A DNA stretch of 64,000 nucleotides from Octopus vulgaris (GCA_951406725.2 OX597824.1:17298001-17362000), one strand, 5' to 3'; positions 28,721 through 42,219 are shown, numbered from the stretch's first letter. Numbers and translations are program-made. Notes: generated by a model from the sequence alone, not told the origin.

Positions 28721-29373
28721 ATGGAATACCATTCACTATGTGTTTCCTTAGAGGTGGTTCCACTGGCCACCACTGCATGACTTCTTTCTTCGAAAATGTC
28801 ATGAAATCACTCACAAGTAGCTTGTGTTCGACTTTGTAAAGTCGAGTTATATCCATTCTCCGTTAAGTTGTTGAGCAGCTGTTTTAACACACAGTTGTAA
28901 GTGCTGTAAGAGCTGTGTCAGACAGCTACCAACGGGTCAAAAACCCTGCTGACTGTTAATCAGGAAATCATACTCTTTAAGGAATAAAATTTCCTTCAGA
29001 TTCTTCATGCCATAATTTTGCTGATGTGTGGTTAAGCTGTGGTTAAGCGAGACCCACGGTGTTCTCCTCTTGCAAAATATGATCGCAAAATCGTAGTAAA
29101 TAAATGGTGTGACACGTCATGATCATTTAGGTCGCCTCAGAAAGCGCAAACTCTATTCACCCCAAACCGCCGTAAGCAATTTATCATTTGCACAATGTAG
29201 ATCATAAACCATTGACATTTTCTTCATAACGGTGGTATCACGATCACAAATCACCCAAAGCTAAGTACACATAGAATACGCCCCCGCTAGAAAACACGAA
29301 AACACATCAACATTACGTTATGATACAAAGTTTTGCCTTAACTCTTCCCGCTTTATTCAACATTGTACTGGAA

Positions 29374-29889
29374 TCTATATATATAAAACTGTAGTTGTGT
29401 GAGTGTCTGTTTCCTACGATTTAGATTCCTAACTCCTCCCACATTTTGCGGTGCAGTTTAACCAAATTCGGGTATCTTATAGTCGTGATTAATATCGAGC
29501 CCGTCTGGCTATTAGCGCGCGTCTACGATGAGTCTACGATTTTAAAAATAATTTAACATCATTTTTATTCCATTTTAATGCATAATTTTTCGTGTGTCGA
29601 TGGCGGCGGAGTTGGCGTCCACGCTCAAACACCTGCACCTGTGTTTGCTTCTCCCCCTTCTTCCCTCCCTCGTGAAGCTGTGGGGAAGGGAGTTTAAGGA
29701 AATCAACGTCGTAATGCGTTGTCAAGGAGACCAGCGTTCTTTTAGAACAACGACTTCATGGCTTGAAGACACCAAAACAGAAATGGCTAAGAAAGCCCCA
29801 ATTGGCATCTATAAAGGAAGTAACTCTCTAAAAATGCTTATATAGTTATTTCCCTTACAAACCCGAGCAACGCCGGGCGATACTGCTAG
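29374..29889 (+). mobile_element. Non-autonomous Helitron, copy 1
   Basis: 5' TCtatatatataaaa; 3' cccgagcaacgccggg hairpin then CTAG; inserted between A and T with no TSD; near-identical to 38254-38772. Confidence 0.92.
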
Positions 29890-30022
29890 TAGAAGATAGG
29901 AGGAAAAGCGCATGCTATAAGGTTCAAAAGGTATTTGTATATATCCGCCCAAGGAATACCAGACTGATCATCGCAACCCGAAAGCATTTTCGTAAGTAGT
30001 TACAACCTAAACGTGTGGGTTG

Positions 30023-30120
30023 TGCCGAACCGCAAAGTTACGAGGACATAAACACACCAGCATCGGCTGTCAAGCGATCTCAGGAGGATAAACAGACACA
30101 TAAATATATACACACATAAA
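30023..30120 (-). mobile_element. SINE family A 3'-half fragment
   Basis: tgccgaaccgcaaagttacgaggacataaacacaccagcatcggctgtcaagcgat. Confidence 0.8.
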
Positions 30121-30130
30121 TATATACATT

Positions 30131-30418
30131 GAACGTGAGACCAACAAAACTTCTTGTAACACCAAAGATGAATTGAAGGCAACAATTATGGCGGCATTCA
30201 CCATCTTAAACAAGTAGACATCCGAGAAGAGTTGAAAGAGATTCCGAAGTCATCTGGAGGCCGTGGTTGAAACCGATGACGATTTTATTGAATTTATTTA
30301 CTCTTCAGTATTTCAAGATATTTTTATATAAGTTTGGTAAATATTTCTGTTAAAAAGAGATGCCAAAGTCCTTTTCATTTCTGCGTAATTCAGACGACAA
30401 TTTATTCACCGCACCTTG
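30131..30418 (+). mobile_element. Tc1/mariner-superfamily transposon 3' remnant
   Basis: ERETNKTSCNTKDELKATIMAAF...RFRSHLEAVVETDDDFIE (two stops) is a typical transposase C-terminus. Ends in TIR-like atttattcaccgcaccttg + TA. Confidence 0.75.
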
Positions 30419-30596
30419 TATATCATCTACATAGACATATATTGATGTATAGATATATAGATATAGGAAAGGTATCGTTCGCCTATTTCTGCTTATCCCT
30501 TCTTAGCATTACTTCTTTCGTACTGACCTCTATGTCGCCTCGCAAACTCCACAGTCTCCCCGAAACTCTCTCCCCCTCTCTTTCCCTCTCACTCAC

Positions 30597-30635
<39 letters not shown>

Positions 30636-31716
30636 CACACACATATATACACACATCCACACTTACGTACACGCGTTCAGATTCACGCACACTGATTAAT
30701 TCACGAGGAAAAACCCCGCAATACATCCACACTCCTTGCATCTTCTCCGCTTTCCTTTCCTTACCTGACACCACTTCTATCTAGCCGGAAGGACTATTCC
30801 ATCACCTTGCTTTCTAAATAACAATAGTTGTACTCAGTGACCCTCTTACAATTGCAGCCAAACCTATCAAACCCAACCCAATTCCGACATTATCATATAT
30901 TTTTTATTTCGCATCCATTTTTTCCTGTTTCTTTTCCTTTTTATTCTCTCTCTCTCTCTTCTTATCTCTCTCCCTCTCTCCTTATCTCTCTCTCTCTTTT
31001 CTCTGCCTTTCTTTCATTCTCTCTCTCTCTCTCTCTCTCGGTCTTTTTATCTCTCTGTCTCATATTTCTTTTTACCAATTTCCAGTTTCTCTATTTCTTC
31101 CTTTTTTCTAAAGTTTTCTTAATCACCGCATTGCGTAGGGTTTCACCATCTACTGTTACCGAATATGAACACACACACACACATGCACGCACACACACAC
31201 TCACACACACATACACACACACACACATACACACACACACACGTACACAGACACACACATAGGCATGTATATATGCATACATGCACGTCTATGTATACAT
31301 ATATATATATATATGTATGTATATTTATATATATATGTGTGTGTGCGTGTGTGTGTGTGTGTATACATACACATATATAAGTGTATATATATATAAACAT
31401 GTATACGTATATATATATATATATATATATATACATGCAGATTAAAGATATATGTACCTGTGAGTCCGTGTGCGGGTATATGAATACAAGCATACACACT
31501 GTCTTAAAAGCTCATGCACACACTCGCACACACACACACACATACACACACACAAACTTTTCTCTCTCCATGTCTCATTCTTAGCCAATCTTTTTCCCCC
31601 ATTTTCTTCTATTCATTCTATACATTGTTATTTCTTCCCCTCTTTCTCTCTTTCCCAGTCAATCTGACTGTCTGTCTATCACACACACACTTTCTTTCTT
31701 ATTCTCTCTCTCCCTC

Positions 31717-32254
<538 letters not shown>

Positions 32255-32444
32255 CCTCTGCCTTTCTCCACAAAATGTAGCTACAAATACCCCAGAAGAC
32301 AGTAACATCTTCAAGACATACTAACAACAAGCAATGGCGTGGCTTTTATTTAATTTTTACTTCATTTTTCGCCTTCTTCCAGGATTTCTTGTTTTGTTTT
32401 GTATTTAAAACATTTTATCTTCATCTTCTTTATTACCACTTCAA

Positions 32445-33000
32445 TCATCACCGCCACTATCATCGTTATGGTCATCATCATCATCATCATCATCATCATC
32501 GTCATCGTCATCGTCATCATCATCATCACCATCATCATCGTAATCATCATCATCATCATCATTATCATTATCCCCATCATCACCATCATCATCGTCGTCG
32601 TCGTTGTCTTCAACTCTAACACCGCCAACATCACTATCACCATTGCCATCACCATCACCAGCACCAGTACCACCACCACCACCACCATTACCCCACTACC
32701 ACCATCCCCGTCACCATCATCACCACCACCACCACCACCACCACCATTACCCCCACTACCACCATCACCGTCACCATTACCACCACCACCACCACCATTA
32801 CCACCACTACCACCATCACCGTCACCATTACCACCACCACCACCACCACCACCACTATCACAACCAGCACCAGCACCACCAGCACCACCACCACCACCAA
32901 TCACCACCAACATTAGCATCAAGACTACCGTTACTATCTCCACCACGACCATCATGAACGCCTCTACCGCCACCAAACCACCATCATCATCATCATCATC
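32445..33000. repeat. Compound (CAT)n/(CAC)n trinucleotide array
   Basis: Direct inspection; includes repeated ccattacccccactaccaccatc units. Confidence 0.93.
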
Positions 33001-33306
33001 ATATTTTTGTTCTGCTTTTTTTCCTCTCGTGATATTCACATCTAATTCTATTCTTTCTTCTCCTGCTCATTATTTTCTTCATTTCATTTCTCCATTGATT
33101 TTCTTTATAATTCTCCTCATTTCATTCAATATTTTTTTTCATCAATATCATTTCATCGTCGCTGGAAAGGCCTTACACATAACGTTTATTTATTTATTTA
33201 TCTATTTAGTTATTTATTTATTTCACGGTGTCTCCCAGACAGATTGTATCAGACAGAAAGCCATTTCGAACATTTTACTAACCATGAGACAATCAACTAC
33301 ACATAT

Positions 33307-33690
33307 GTGGAAGCACTCCGTCGGTTACGACGATGAGGGTTCCGGTTGATCCAAATCAACGGAACAGCCTGCTCGTGAAATTAACGTGTAAGTGGCTGAG
33401 CACTCCACAGACACGTGCACCCTTAACGTAGTTCTCGGGGATATTCAGCGTGACACAGAGAGTGACAAGGCCGGCCCCTTGAAATACAGGCACAACAGAA
33501 ACAGGAAGTAAGAGTGAGAGAAAGTTGTGGTGAAAGAGTACAGCAGGGATCACCACCATCCCCTGCCGGAGCCTCGTGGAGGTTTTAGGTGTTTTCGCTC
33601 AATAAACACTCACAACGCCCGGTCTAGGAATCGAAACCGCGATCCTACGACCGCGAGTCCGCTGCCCTAACCACTGGGCCATTGCGCCTC
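33307..33690 (-). mobile_element. tRNA-derived SINE family C, full length
   Basis: Reverse complement head gaggcgcaaTGGCCCAGTGGttagg...GGTTTCGATTCC (A and B boxes). cacatat direct repeat at 33300-33306 and 33691-33697. 3' part shared with 52063-52232. Confidence 0.85.
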
Positions 33691-34027
33691 CACATATAAC
33701 AGAGTGGACAACACTAACGTACCCGACATTGACGAAATAAGTGTGGAGCCCTGAAATCGTCTAATGGTCTTCTGAATACTTAAGGGTGTTCCCGTTTTCC
33801 TCACAAGGTTTGGGTTCACCTGATGCTGTTACGGAAGGCAATGTTTCGTCTTCCCGTTGAACATGGCTCTTGAACTGTATCCGGAACCAGGAGACTGCAA
33901 AGTGAACGTATTTATTAGACATCCGTGACTCCACTTATACAATATATAAAAATGGAGCGGATGGGTTCTTATGTGTGTGTGGATGAATGTGTATGAGTGA
34001 ATGTGTGTGTGTGTATGTAAGTGTATA

Positions 34028-34260
34028 GCCGGTTTCTAATCTAGATCCAAGGCACCTTTATTGGAATTTCAATATCAACAACAGGGTATGTATGTATGTA
34101 TGTATGTACGTTTGCATGTATGTATATATGCATGTGTGTGTATGTATGTATGTTTTGTTTTATGCATGTATTCTCATGCATATAGTTACACATCTAGACA
34201 TTCTCATATATATATTTAAATTATAAACTTCTGGAAAGTTTTACAGATTTTTACAGTTCC
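34028..34260 (+). repeat. Dispersed repeat with internal (TATG)n, copy 2
   Basis: Homologous to 18320-18635. Confidence 0.7.
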
Positions 34261-34504
34261 AGTGATGGATTCGATCTGTAGTCATCAAATCAGCTTTCTC
34301 CTTTCTATGTATGTATGTATGTATGTATGTATGTATATATGTATGTATGTATGTATGTATGCATGCATGAATCTGTATGTATGTACGTACGTACGTACGT
34401 ATGTATGTATGTATGTATGTATGTATGCATGCATGCGTGTATGTATGTATATATGTATGCACATGCACACACAATCTTACAGGAATATAAATATTTAAAT
34501 ATCC

Positions 34505-34806
34505 TTTTCTACTCTAGGCCCAAAATGTTGAGGGAGAGGTTGCCAGTCGATTGGACCGACTCAATTACGCAACTGGTACTTAATTTATCAGCTTCGAAAG
34601 AATAAAAGGCAAAGTCGACCTCGGCGGAATTTGAACTCAGGATATAAAGACAGGCTAAATACCGGCAAACATTTCGACTGGTGTTCTAACGTTTCATATT
34701 TCTTTATTGCCCACAAGGGGCTAAACATTAGAGGGGACAAACAAGGACAGACAAAGGAATTGAGTCGATTACATCGACTGCAGTGCGTAACAGGTACTTA
34801 ATTTAT
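34505..34806 (-). mobile_element. Two adjacent SINE family B pieces
   Basis: 34505-34696 contains aaaggcaaagtcgacctcggcggaatttgaactcag; 34697-34806 matches the reverse complement of the 3' half of 37871-38103. Confidence 0.8.
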
Positions 34807-34868
34807 GTGTGTATTCGTGTCTTTGTGTATGTGTGTTTGAGTGAGTACGCGTGTTTACGTGCGTGTGT

Positions 34869-34903
<35 letters not shown>

Positions 34904-35167
34904 TGTGTGTGTGCGTGTGTTTGTGTGTGTGGGGGAGGGATGTTTGTGTGTGTTTGTGTGTTTGTGTGTGTATCTGTTTGTGTGTGTCTGTGTGTGTTTG
35001 TGTGTGTATCTGTTTGTGTGTATGTGTGTATCTGTTTGTGTGTGTATCTGTTTGTGTCTGTGTGTCTGTGTGTGTGCTTATGTGTGTATGTGTTGTGTGT
35101 GCGCGCGTGAAGTTCTGTTTTTCCAGCGAAGCCCGTAACAAATAACACTTTCCCTGTTGCGCTATAT

Positions 35168-35369
35168 ACTCTTTACTCTTTTACTTGTTTCAGTCATTTG
35201 AATGCGGCCATGCTGGAGCACTGCCTTTAATCGAGCAACTCGACCCCAGGACTTATTCTTTTGTAAGCCCAGTACTTATTCTATCGGTCTCTTTGGCCGA
35301 ACCGCTAAGTAACGGGGACATAAACACACCAGCATCGGTTGTCAAGCAATGCTAGGGGGACAAACACAG

Positions 35370-35404
<35 letters not shown>

Positions 35405-35978
35405 GGTAAACAGTAAAAATAATTACAGACATGGACAAGAACATGAAACGCCACAGAGACGACACAAGAACCACAGGACGGGACATTCGAAGCCCTCAGT
35501 CATCAGTCAAGAACCAGATCATCTTAGCAATTTCGGCTGATTAATCTTGAGATTGCTCCGATATGGGCAGCCCGCCACGGGAAATCTACGCCAAGTGCAT
35601 TAGATCCCCTGGAAGAAAGCTTCGAATGTATACAACACGAGGACGGAAAACGAACGAAGTACACGAACAAAAATACAGAATACGTGACAACAATAAGAAT
35701 ACAAAAACGTAAAAACAATAACGGTAAAAATAAAGTATAAAAAATAAATAAACAACAAAACAAAACCAGGACGTAGGACAAGGGTCTTTCGACAGGACGA
35801 ATTGAGCATGGGGCTGGCTTATGAAGTTGTGCCTAATGGCCACAGGGAGACGAACAAGTACGTGTTGCTTCAACGGCTGCTGGAACGAAAAGAGCGCTCA
35901 ACAGCGGTCAGCGGTCACGTGAGAACAAAAGACAAGAGAAAGGGACAGATGAAAAGAGAGATAAGGTGGACGAGGGAG

Positions 35979-36012
<34 letters not shown>

Positions 36013-36174
36013 GACAGGATTTTTTCATTCTCCGTCTACCAAATCCACTCACAAGGCATTGGTCGGTCCGGGGCTATAGCAGAATACATTTGCCCAAGAT
36101 GCCACGCAGTGGGACTGAACCCGGAACCATGTGGTTCTTTAGCAAGCTACTTACCACACAGCCACTCCTGCGCC
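35168..36174 (-). mobile_element. SINE family A split by a ~575-bp insertion
   Basis: 3' half at 35168-35380, 5' half at 36010-36174; insertion sits inside the internal (TA)n. Confidence 0.9.
35405..35980 (-). mobile_element. Unclassified (TA)n-inserted element, possibly a PLE terminal repeat
   Basis: Interrupts a SINE, is flanked by (TA)n on both sides, and has a second partial copy at 2435-2570. Confidence 0.7.
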
Positions 36175-36489
36175 TATTTTCGAAAATATTTTTTCCACAA
36201 AATGTCTATACATTCTAGTAATATATGAATGTTCATTTTAATATCTGTCGGTGAAAACGTAATCGCACTGTTTCCAACACTTTTGGGAAAGCCATTTTGT
36301 TTCTTTACACATCAGGTGAAAATATTACCTTAGCAAAGGGGGTTTTTTCGCCAGTCGAAGGGAATTATCTTTAATTTAGAAATTTTCCATTTGGTTTCCT
36401 TCGAAAACTTGTTGAGTTGGGAGGGCAAAGCATAACACTCCTGAGAAATATAGACATGCATACATACATACATACATACATACATACAT

Positions 36490-36535
36490 ACAACGACTAC
36501 TCCTACTACTACTACTACTACTACTACTCCTCCTC

Positions 36536-36597
<62 letters not shown>

Positions 36598-36691
36598 ACT
36601 GCTACTACTACTACTACTACTATATCTACTACTGCTGCTGCTGTTGCTGCTGCTGTTACTACTACTACTACTACTACTACTACTATTGCTG

Positions 36692-36725
<34 letters not shown>

Positions 36726-36799
36726 AACTACTACTACTACTGCTGCTGCTGCTGCCACTACTACTACTACTATTGCTACTGCTACTACTACTACTACTT

Positions 36800-36833
<34 letters not shown>

Positions 36834-37050
36834 CACTACTGCTGCTGCTGCCACTACTACTATTGCTACTACTACTACTACAACCACTATTGCTACTACT
36901 ACTACTACTACTACTACTACTGCTACTGCTGCTACTACTACAACTACTACTATTACTACTACTACTACAACTACTATTGCTACTACTACTATTACTACTA
37001 CTACTACTACTACTACTATTACTACTACTACTGCTGCTGCTGCTACTGCT
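36490..37050. repeat. Compound (CTA)n/(CTG)n microsatellite
   Basis: Direct inspection. Confidence 0.95.
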
Positions 37051-37708
37051 AATGCTGCTGATAATAATGATGATGGTGATGATGCTGATTCTTTCTAATT
37101 TTAACGGAAAGCCAGCAGTCTTGATAGTTGGCGTATGTCGATTACATCCATGGCAGTGTTTGACCGGTACATCATTTTATCCCTACCCCCCCCACACACA
37201 CACAAACACACAAAAATTTAAAAAAGATAAATAGCAGATATTGAAACTGGAACGTGAAAAGCCGGATAAAATTTGGCTAAGCATTTTGTCCGACATATTG
37301 GACCATTCTTCCAGGTCGCTAACAATAATAGTGACATTGAACCTTTTCAAGAGCAGATAAGGAAGTGCATTTCTTATTTATTTAATAGATCCTAAGACCG
37401 CACTGAGAACATCTAATAAAGTGAAAATCCTCCCATTGAATGCTTTCCCTGAATCCTAACAGTGATTGATCCATTTGTAAAATGGACTGATCCATTTGTA
37501 AAATAGCATTATACATAACCTTGGGCATAACCATTTGTAAAATAGCATTACGCATAACACCAGTCATAAAGTATGGCTGGAAAATATAGAAACTTACTCT
37601 TCAAAAGTGACGAAACTAAAATTCCCATCAAGCTATCGACCAATAATAAACCTTAAAACCGTGTATAAGATACTATCATCCGTCATCCCTAAATATATAT
37701 GTGCTTTG

Positions 37709-37820
37709 AGACGGCGAGCTAGCAGAAATGTTAGTACGCTGGGCGAAATTCTTAGCGGTATTTCGTCTGTCTTTATGTTCTGAGCCGAAGTCGACTTTGC
37801 CTTTCATCCATTTGGGGGTC
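37709..37820 (+). mobile_element. SINE family B 5' fragment
   Basis: ggcgagctagcagaaatgttag...gtcgactttgcctttcatcc. Confidence 0.85.
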
Positions 37821-37870
37821 GGTGCCAGTCAATTAGAACAATCCCAGCACACATCTGGTACTTAATGTAT

Positions 37871-38103
37871 AAGGCGGCGAGCTAGCAGAAACATTAGCAC
37901 GTCGGGCGAAATGCTTAGCAGTATTTCGTCTGCCGTTACGTTGTGAGTTCAAATTCCGCCGAGGCCGACTTTGCCTTTCATCCTTTCGGGGTCGATGAAT
38001 TAAGTACCAGTTACGTACTGGGGTCGATGTAATCGACTTAATACCTATGTCTGTCCTTGTTTGTCCCCTCTATGTTTAGCCCCTTGTGGGTAATAAAGAA
38101 ATA
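37871..38103 (+). mobile_element. SINE family B (Nin-domain-like), full length with 14-bp TSD
   Basis: B box gagttcaaattcc; gcctttcatcctttcggggtcgat...agtacc resembles the Nin domain; TSD ggtacttaatgtat at 37857-37870 and 38104-38117. Confidence 0.9.
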
Positions 38104-38249
38104 GGTACTTAATGTATCCACCACGAAAGGATGAAAGGCAAAGTCGACCTCGGCAGAATTTGAACTCATGAACTCAGAACGTAAGGACAGGCGAAATATC
38201 GCTCCGCATTTCGCTCGGCGTGCTAACGTTTCTGCCAGTTCGCCGCCTT
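38104..38249 (-). mobile_element. SINE family B host copy (5' half; remainder at about 37826-37870)
   Basis: Reverse complement of the family B head, ending cgccgcctt. Confidence 0.85.
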
Positions 38250-38253
38250 CAAA

Positions 38254-38772
38254 TCTATATATATAAAACTGTTGTTGTGTGAGTGTCTGTCTCCTACGAT
38301 TTAGATTCCTAACTCCTCCCACATTTTGCGGTGCAGTTTATCCAAATTCGGGTATCTTATAGTCGTGATTAATATCGAGCCCGTCTGGCTATTAGCGCGC
38401 GTCTACGATGAGTCTACGATTTTAAAAATAATTTAACATCATTTTTTATTCCATTTTAATGCATAAAATACATCGTGTGTCGATGGCGGCGGAGTTGGCG
38501 TCCACGCTCAAACACCTGCACCTGTGTTTGCTTCTCCCCCTTCTTCCCTCCCTCGTGAAGCTGTGGGGAAGGGAGTTTAAGGAAATCAACGTCGTAAAGC
38601 GTTGTCAAGGAGACCAGCGTTCTTTTAGAACAACGACTTCATGGCTTGAAGACACCAAAACAGAAATGGCTGAGAAAGCCCGAATTGGCATCTATAAAGG
38701 AAGTAACTCTCTAAAAATGCTTATATAGTTATTTCCTTTACAAACCCGAGCAACGCCGGGCGATACTGCTAG
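38254..38772 (+). mobile_element. Non-autonomous Helitron, copy 2
   Basis: A|TC...hairpin...CTAG|T; near-identical to 29374-29889. Confidence 0.92.
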
Positions 38773-38931
38773 TTCAATATATTAGCAGAAAAGTGAAGAT
38801 TTGGTAGACGTTCGAAAGATTCCCCATCTGAGATTCTTTAGATGAATAGATACACACTCTTGGGTGTGCGCAACGACACCTCATACCAACACACCAGCTC
38901 ACCCTCATATTTACAAACGTGGACTGCGCTA

Positions 38932-39229
38932 TTAACTCAAAACGTCTTGTTGCTTTGTTGGTGACCGTTTTGAAATCTCTTAAGAAGAACTTAAATTCTC
39001 TTCTCTTTCCTCGTCTGTCTTGATAGACAATGGGTTGAGAAGAGAATTTAACTCAAAACGTCTTGTTGCTTTGTTGGTGACCGTTTTGAAATCTCTTAAG
39101 AAGAACTTAAATTCTCTTCTCTTTCTCCGTCGGTCTTGATAGACAATGGGTTGAGAAGAGAATTTAACTCAAAACTTCTTGTTGCTTTGTCGGTGACCGT
39201 TTTGAAATCTCTTAAGAAGAAACTTAAAT
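38932..39229. repeat. 116-bp tandem repeat (about 2.5 units) with 15-bp inverted repeats
   Basis: ttaactcaaaac at 38932, 39048 and 39164; ttaaattctcttctc / gagaagagaatttaa stem in the two full units. Confidence 0.9.
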
Positions 39230-39406
39230 ATGACTCAGGATAAAAGCATCCCTACCTAAAAACTCACGCCCTACTACGTATAACGTATATACAATCAAAC
39301 ATTACTTCGTAAGAGAAGTCAAACGGTGTTGTAGACACGTGTTTACAAATATATTCTCCAAATAATACATTTACAAGTTCAGATACGTATATCCTTTCAA
39401 ACAGAG

Positions 39407-39600
<194 letters not shown>

Positions 39601-39601
39601 G

Positions 39602-39640
<39 letters not shown>

Positions 39641-39647
39641 ATATGTG

Positions 39648-39682
<35 letters not shown>

Positions 39683-39885
39683 GTATTACATATAATATAC
39701 ATACGTACGTATGTATGCATGTGTGTTTACATATGTCTGGTCTGTGTATGCACATGAAGAAGTTAATTCCGGCTTCAACTCGAACCATAAGGTCATTAGA
39801 TTTGTATGGAGACTCCGCCCTAACAGTAGCTCACAGTGGGCTGCAAGGGTTTCATAAAATAATAATACAGGTGATGATGATGATG

Positions 39886-39934
<49 letters not shown>

Positions 39935-40129
39935 CAACAACAACAACAGCAACACAAATCAAGTGACTTTCCAAAATCTAATTAACAGTGTTGATAAAAT
40001 TTGTTAGCGGGATTCACTTCAAAGGCAACTTAAAATTGTACTTGCCGCTAGGGGGCATCAGCGTAGAATGTGGTTTTTTAATGTTGAAGCTGGTGGCTAG
40101 TGTTCTTAATGTAACTACTGTTTCTTGAC

Positions 40130-40167
<38 letters not shown>

Positions 40168-40715
40168 ATGGTTGTGGTGGTGGTGCCGAAGGCGGTGGGA
40201 TATTGTGATGGTTGATGTAATGACAATGTCGTAGTTGAGTACAAATGATACAACAGTAATTGAAAAATTAGTGGTAGTACCAATAATAGCTGTACCTACA
40301 CTAATAGCATGAGTCGTAGTATGAGGAGAAGAGTACGAGTTAGGAGCACCCCTGTTGATGAACACAACGCGGATGATGAGTAAGAGAAGGAGAATATGAG
40401 ATAGCTAGGCTTATAGTCAAGAACACTATGTATTTCTCTTGCTTTCGTTATATTTTAGGGATTTCAGACCCCAAAGTAATAAGAACAATAGAAAAAGACA
40501 AGCTGGTTAAGACTTGAATAAGGGTAAACAATAGAAAGTATGAAAAAAATTACCTACAAATGTAGAGAAGAGTATTGAATAATTAGCTGCAGTTTGCTCC
40601 ATCTGAACACAAGAGGAGCGGTAGTCATGGATGGGATAGCGCTCCTCAGTCAGTGTTCAATAAAATCGGCAACGACGATAACTCCAACAACGATATCAAC
40701 AACAGCAACAACAGC

Positions 40716-40783
<68 letters not shown>

Positions 40784-40815
40784 TGATAATAATAATAATA
40801 ATAATAATAATAATA

Positions 40816-41372
40816 GAACCTACATACACTGGAAGCTATGCCAACATTATGGAATAACAACAGAATAAAAAGATGGTATAGGTACACACCAGAAAAGGTC
40901 ACAGAAAACCATACTCTGGGATATGCCGATACACACAGCTAGAGAAATTAAGGCCAACAGACCAGATATAGTTGTCAGAGATCATGAAGAAAAAAATTGC
41001 TTTCTAATTGATGTATTAATACCGGCAGATGACAACGTGTCTCTAAAAGAAATGGAGAAACTTTCAAAATACAAAGACCTGGAAATATAGGTAACCAGAA
41101 TGTGGAATCTAAAAACAGAAACAATTCCTATCATAGTAGCTGCATTAGGCATGATAAAAAAATATTCAGACAAATACATAACAAAAACACCAGGACTTAC
41201 AAACACATATAACATACAGAAAATTGCACTACTAGGCACTGCACACATCCTACGCAGAACACTTTCCATACAATAACCATCAGAGCATCACAACAAATCA
41301 CAGCACATACCTAAGGCACACAGAGCTGCGCTCGGTAGCGAAGTGAAAGCACGCTATAAAAATAAAACTACT
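40816..41372 (+). mobile_element. 5'-truncated R4/Dong-like non-LTR retrotransposon (RLE domain + 3' UTR)
   Basis: YIHWKLCQHYG...REIKANRPDIVVRD...LIDVLIP...EKLSKYKDL...IPIIVAALG...QKIALLGTAHILRRTL* (RPD-D-KxxKY), with stops and frameshifts; flanked on both sides by (TAA)n. Confidence 0.88.
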
Positions 41373-41411
41373 AATAATAATAATAATAATAATGATGATG
41401 ATAATAATAAT

Positions 41412-41493
<82 letters not shown>

Positions 41494-41929
41494 TGATGAT
41501 GATGATGATAATGACAGGGATAAAAAGAAATCTACTACGCTATGCTAAACCATTGCTGGTGCGATATTGAACAGAGAAGTCCAAATCAGATACGAAGGAA
41601 TATAAAAGTCTTCGAATTGTTCGATGGTGGGACTGGGGGACTCAGATACTGCAACACGTAATCTTGTATAATAGAATATCCTACACACGGACTTCTACAC
41701 TTCGGCTGCACCTCTCCTACCCATGGATTACACTGGACTCTTCCTTTGATGTGAAATCGCTCCAATACAACACGACATTTGAACCTTTTGAACTTTTCAA
41801 AATTTTTTGTACTTCCTGCTTTTTCCTATTGTCGTTTCTCTCAGTCCGCACTTGTTACCTTGCCTCTCTCTCCCTCCCTTTCTTTTCTCCCTTTTCTCGT
41901 CTCCTCTCCTTTCTTCCTCTTTCTCTTTT

Positions 41930-42127
41930 TCTAGATCGCTAGCCACTAAACTTTTTTCTATTTTCTCTATTTTCTCTATTTTCCCTATTTATTTCTGTAT
42001 TCATTTCTGTCGAAGAGCGTAGGCTCGAAACGTAAAACACTTTTTCACTTCCCGAGCGTTAAACTAATACATCTGTTTGTTGTTTACACACCTGTCTTTG
42101 TTTTTTGTTGTTTTTTTTTGTAATTTC
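41930..42127 (+). mobile_element. PLE-type terminal repeat with hammerhead variant (42004-42037)
   Basis: ttt-CTGTCGA-A-gagc gtag gctc-GAAAC-GTA-aaa; homologous to 45250-45448 and 57535-57730. Confidence 0.75.
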
Positions 42128-42154
42128 TCTCTCTCTCTCTCTTTCTCTGTCCCT

Positions 42155-42217
<63 letters not shown>

Positions 42218-42219
42218 TA

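Noticed and set aside
32362-33349. 316-aa Pro/Ile-rich and 225-aa Gly/Met-rich ORFs (extensin- or formin-like look)
   Set aside because: Compound CAT/CAC repeats open in several frames on both strands; no domain or splice evidence.
33610-33690. tRNA-like sequences here and at 50563, 53737 and 61100
   Set aside because: SINE heads with A/B boxes continuing into SINE bodies; no complete cloverleaf acceptor stem seen.
36330-37234. Poly-Y/C, poly-L and poly-V ORFs
   Set aside because: CTA/CTG microsatellite.
37463-37558. ccatttgtaaaat repeated three times
   Set aside because: Irregular local slippage duplications with no further structure.
38932-39229. CRISPR-like array or hammerhead in the 116-bp repeat
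   Set aside because: No unique spacers, no cas genes and a eukaryotic context; minus-strand cagacgaggaaa lacks stem II and a UH site.
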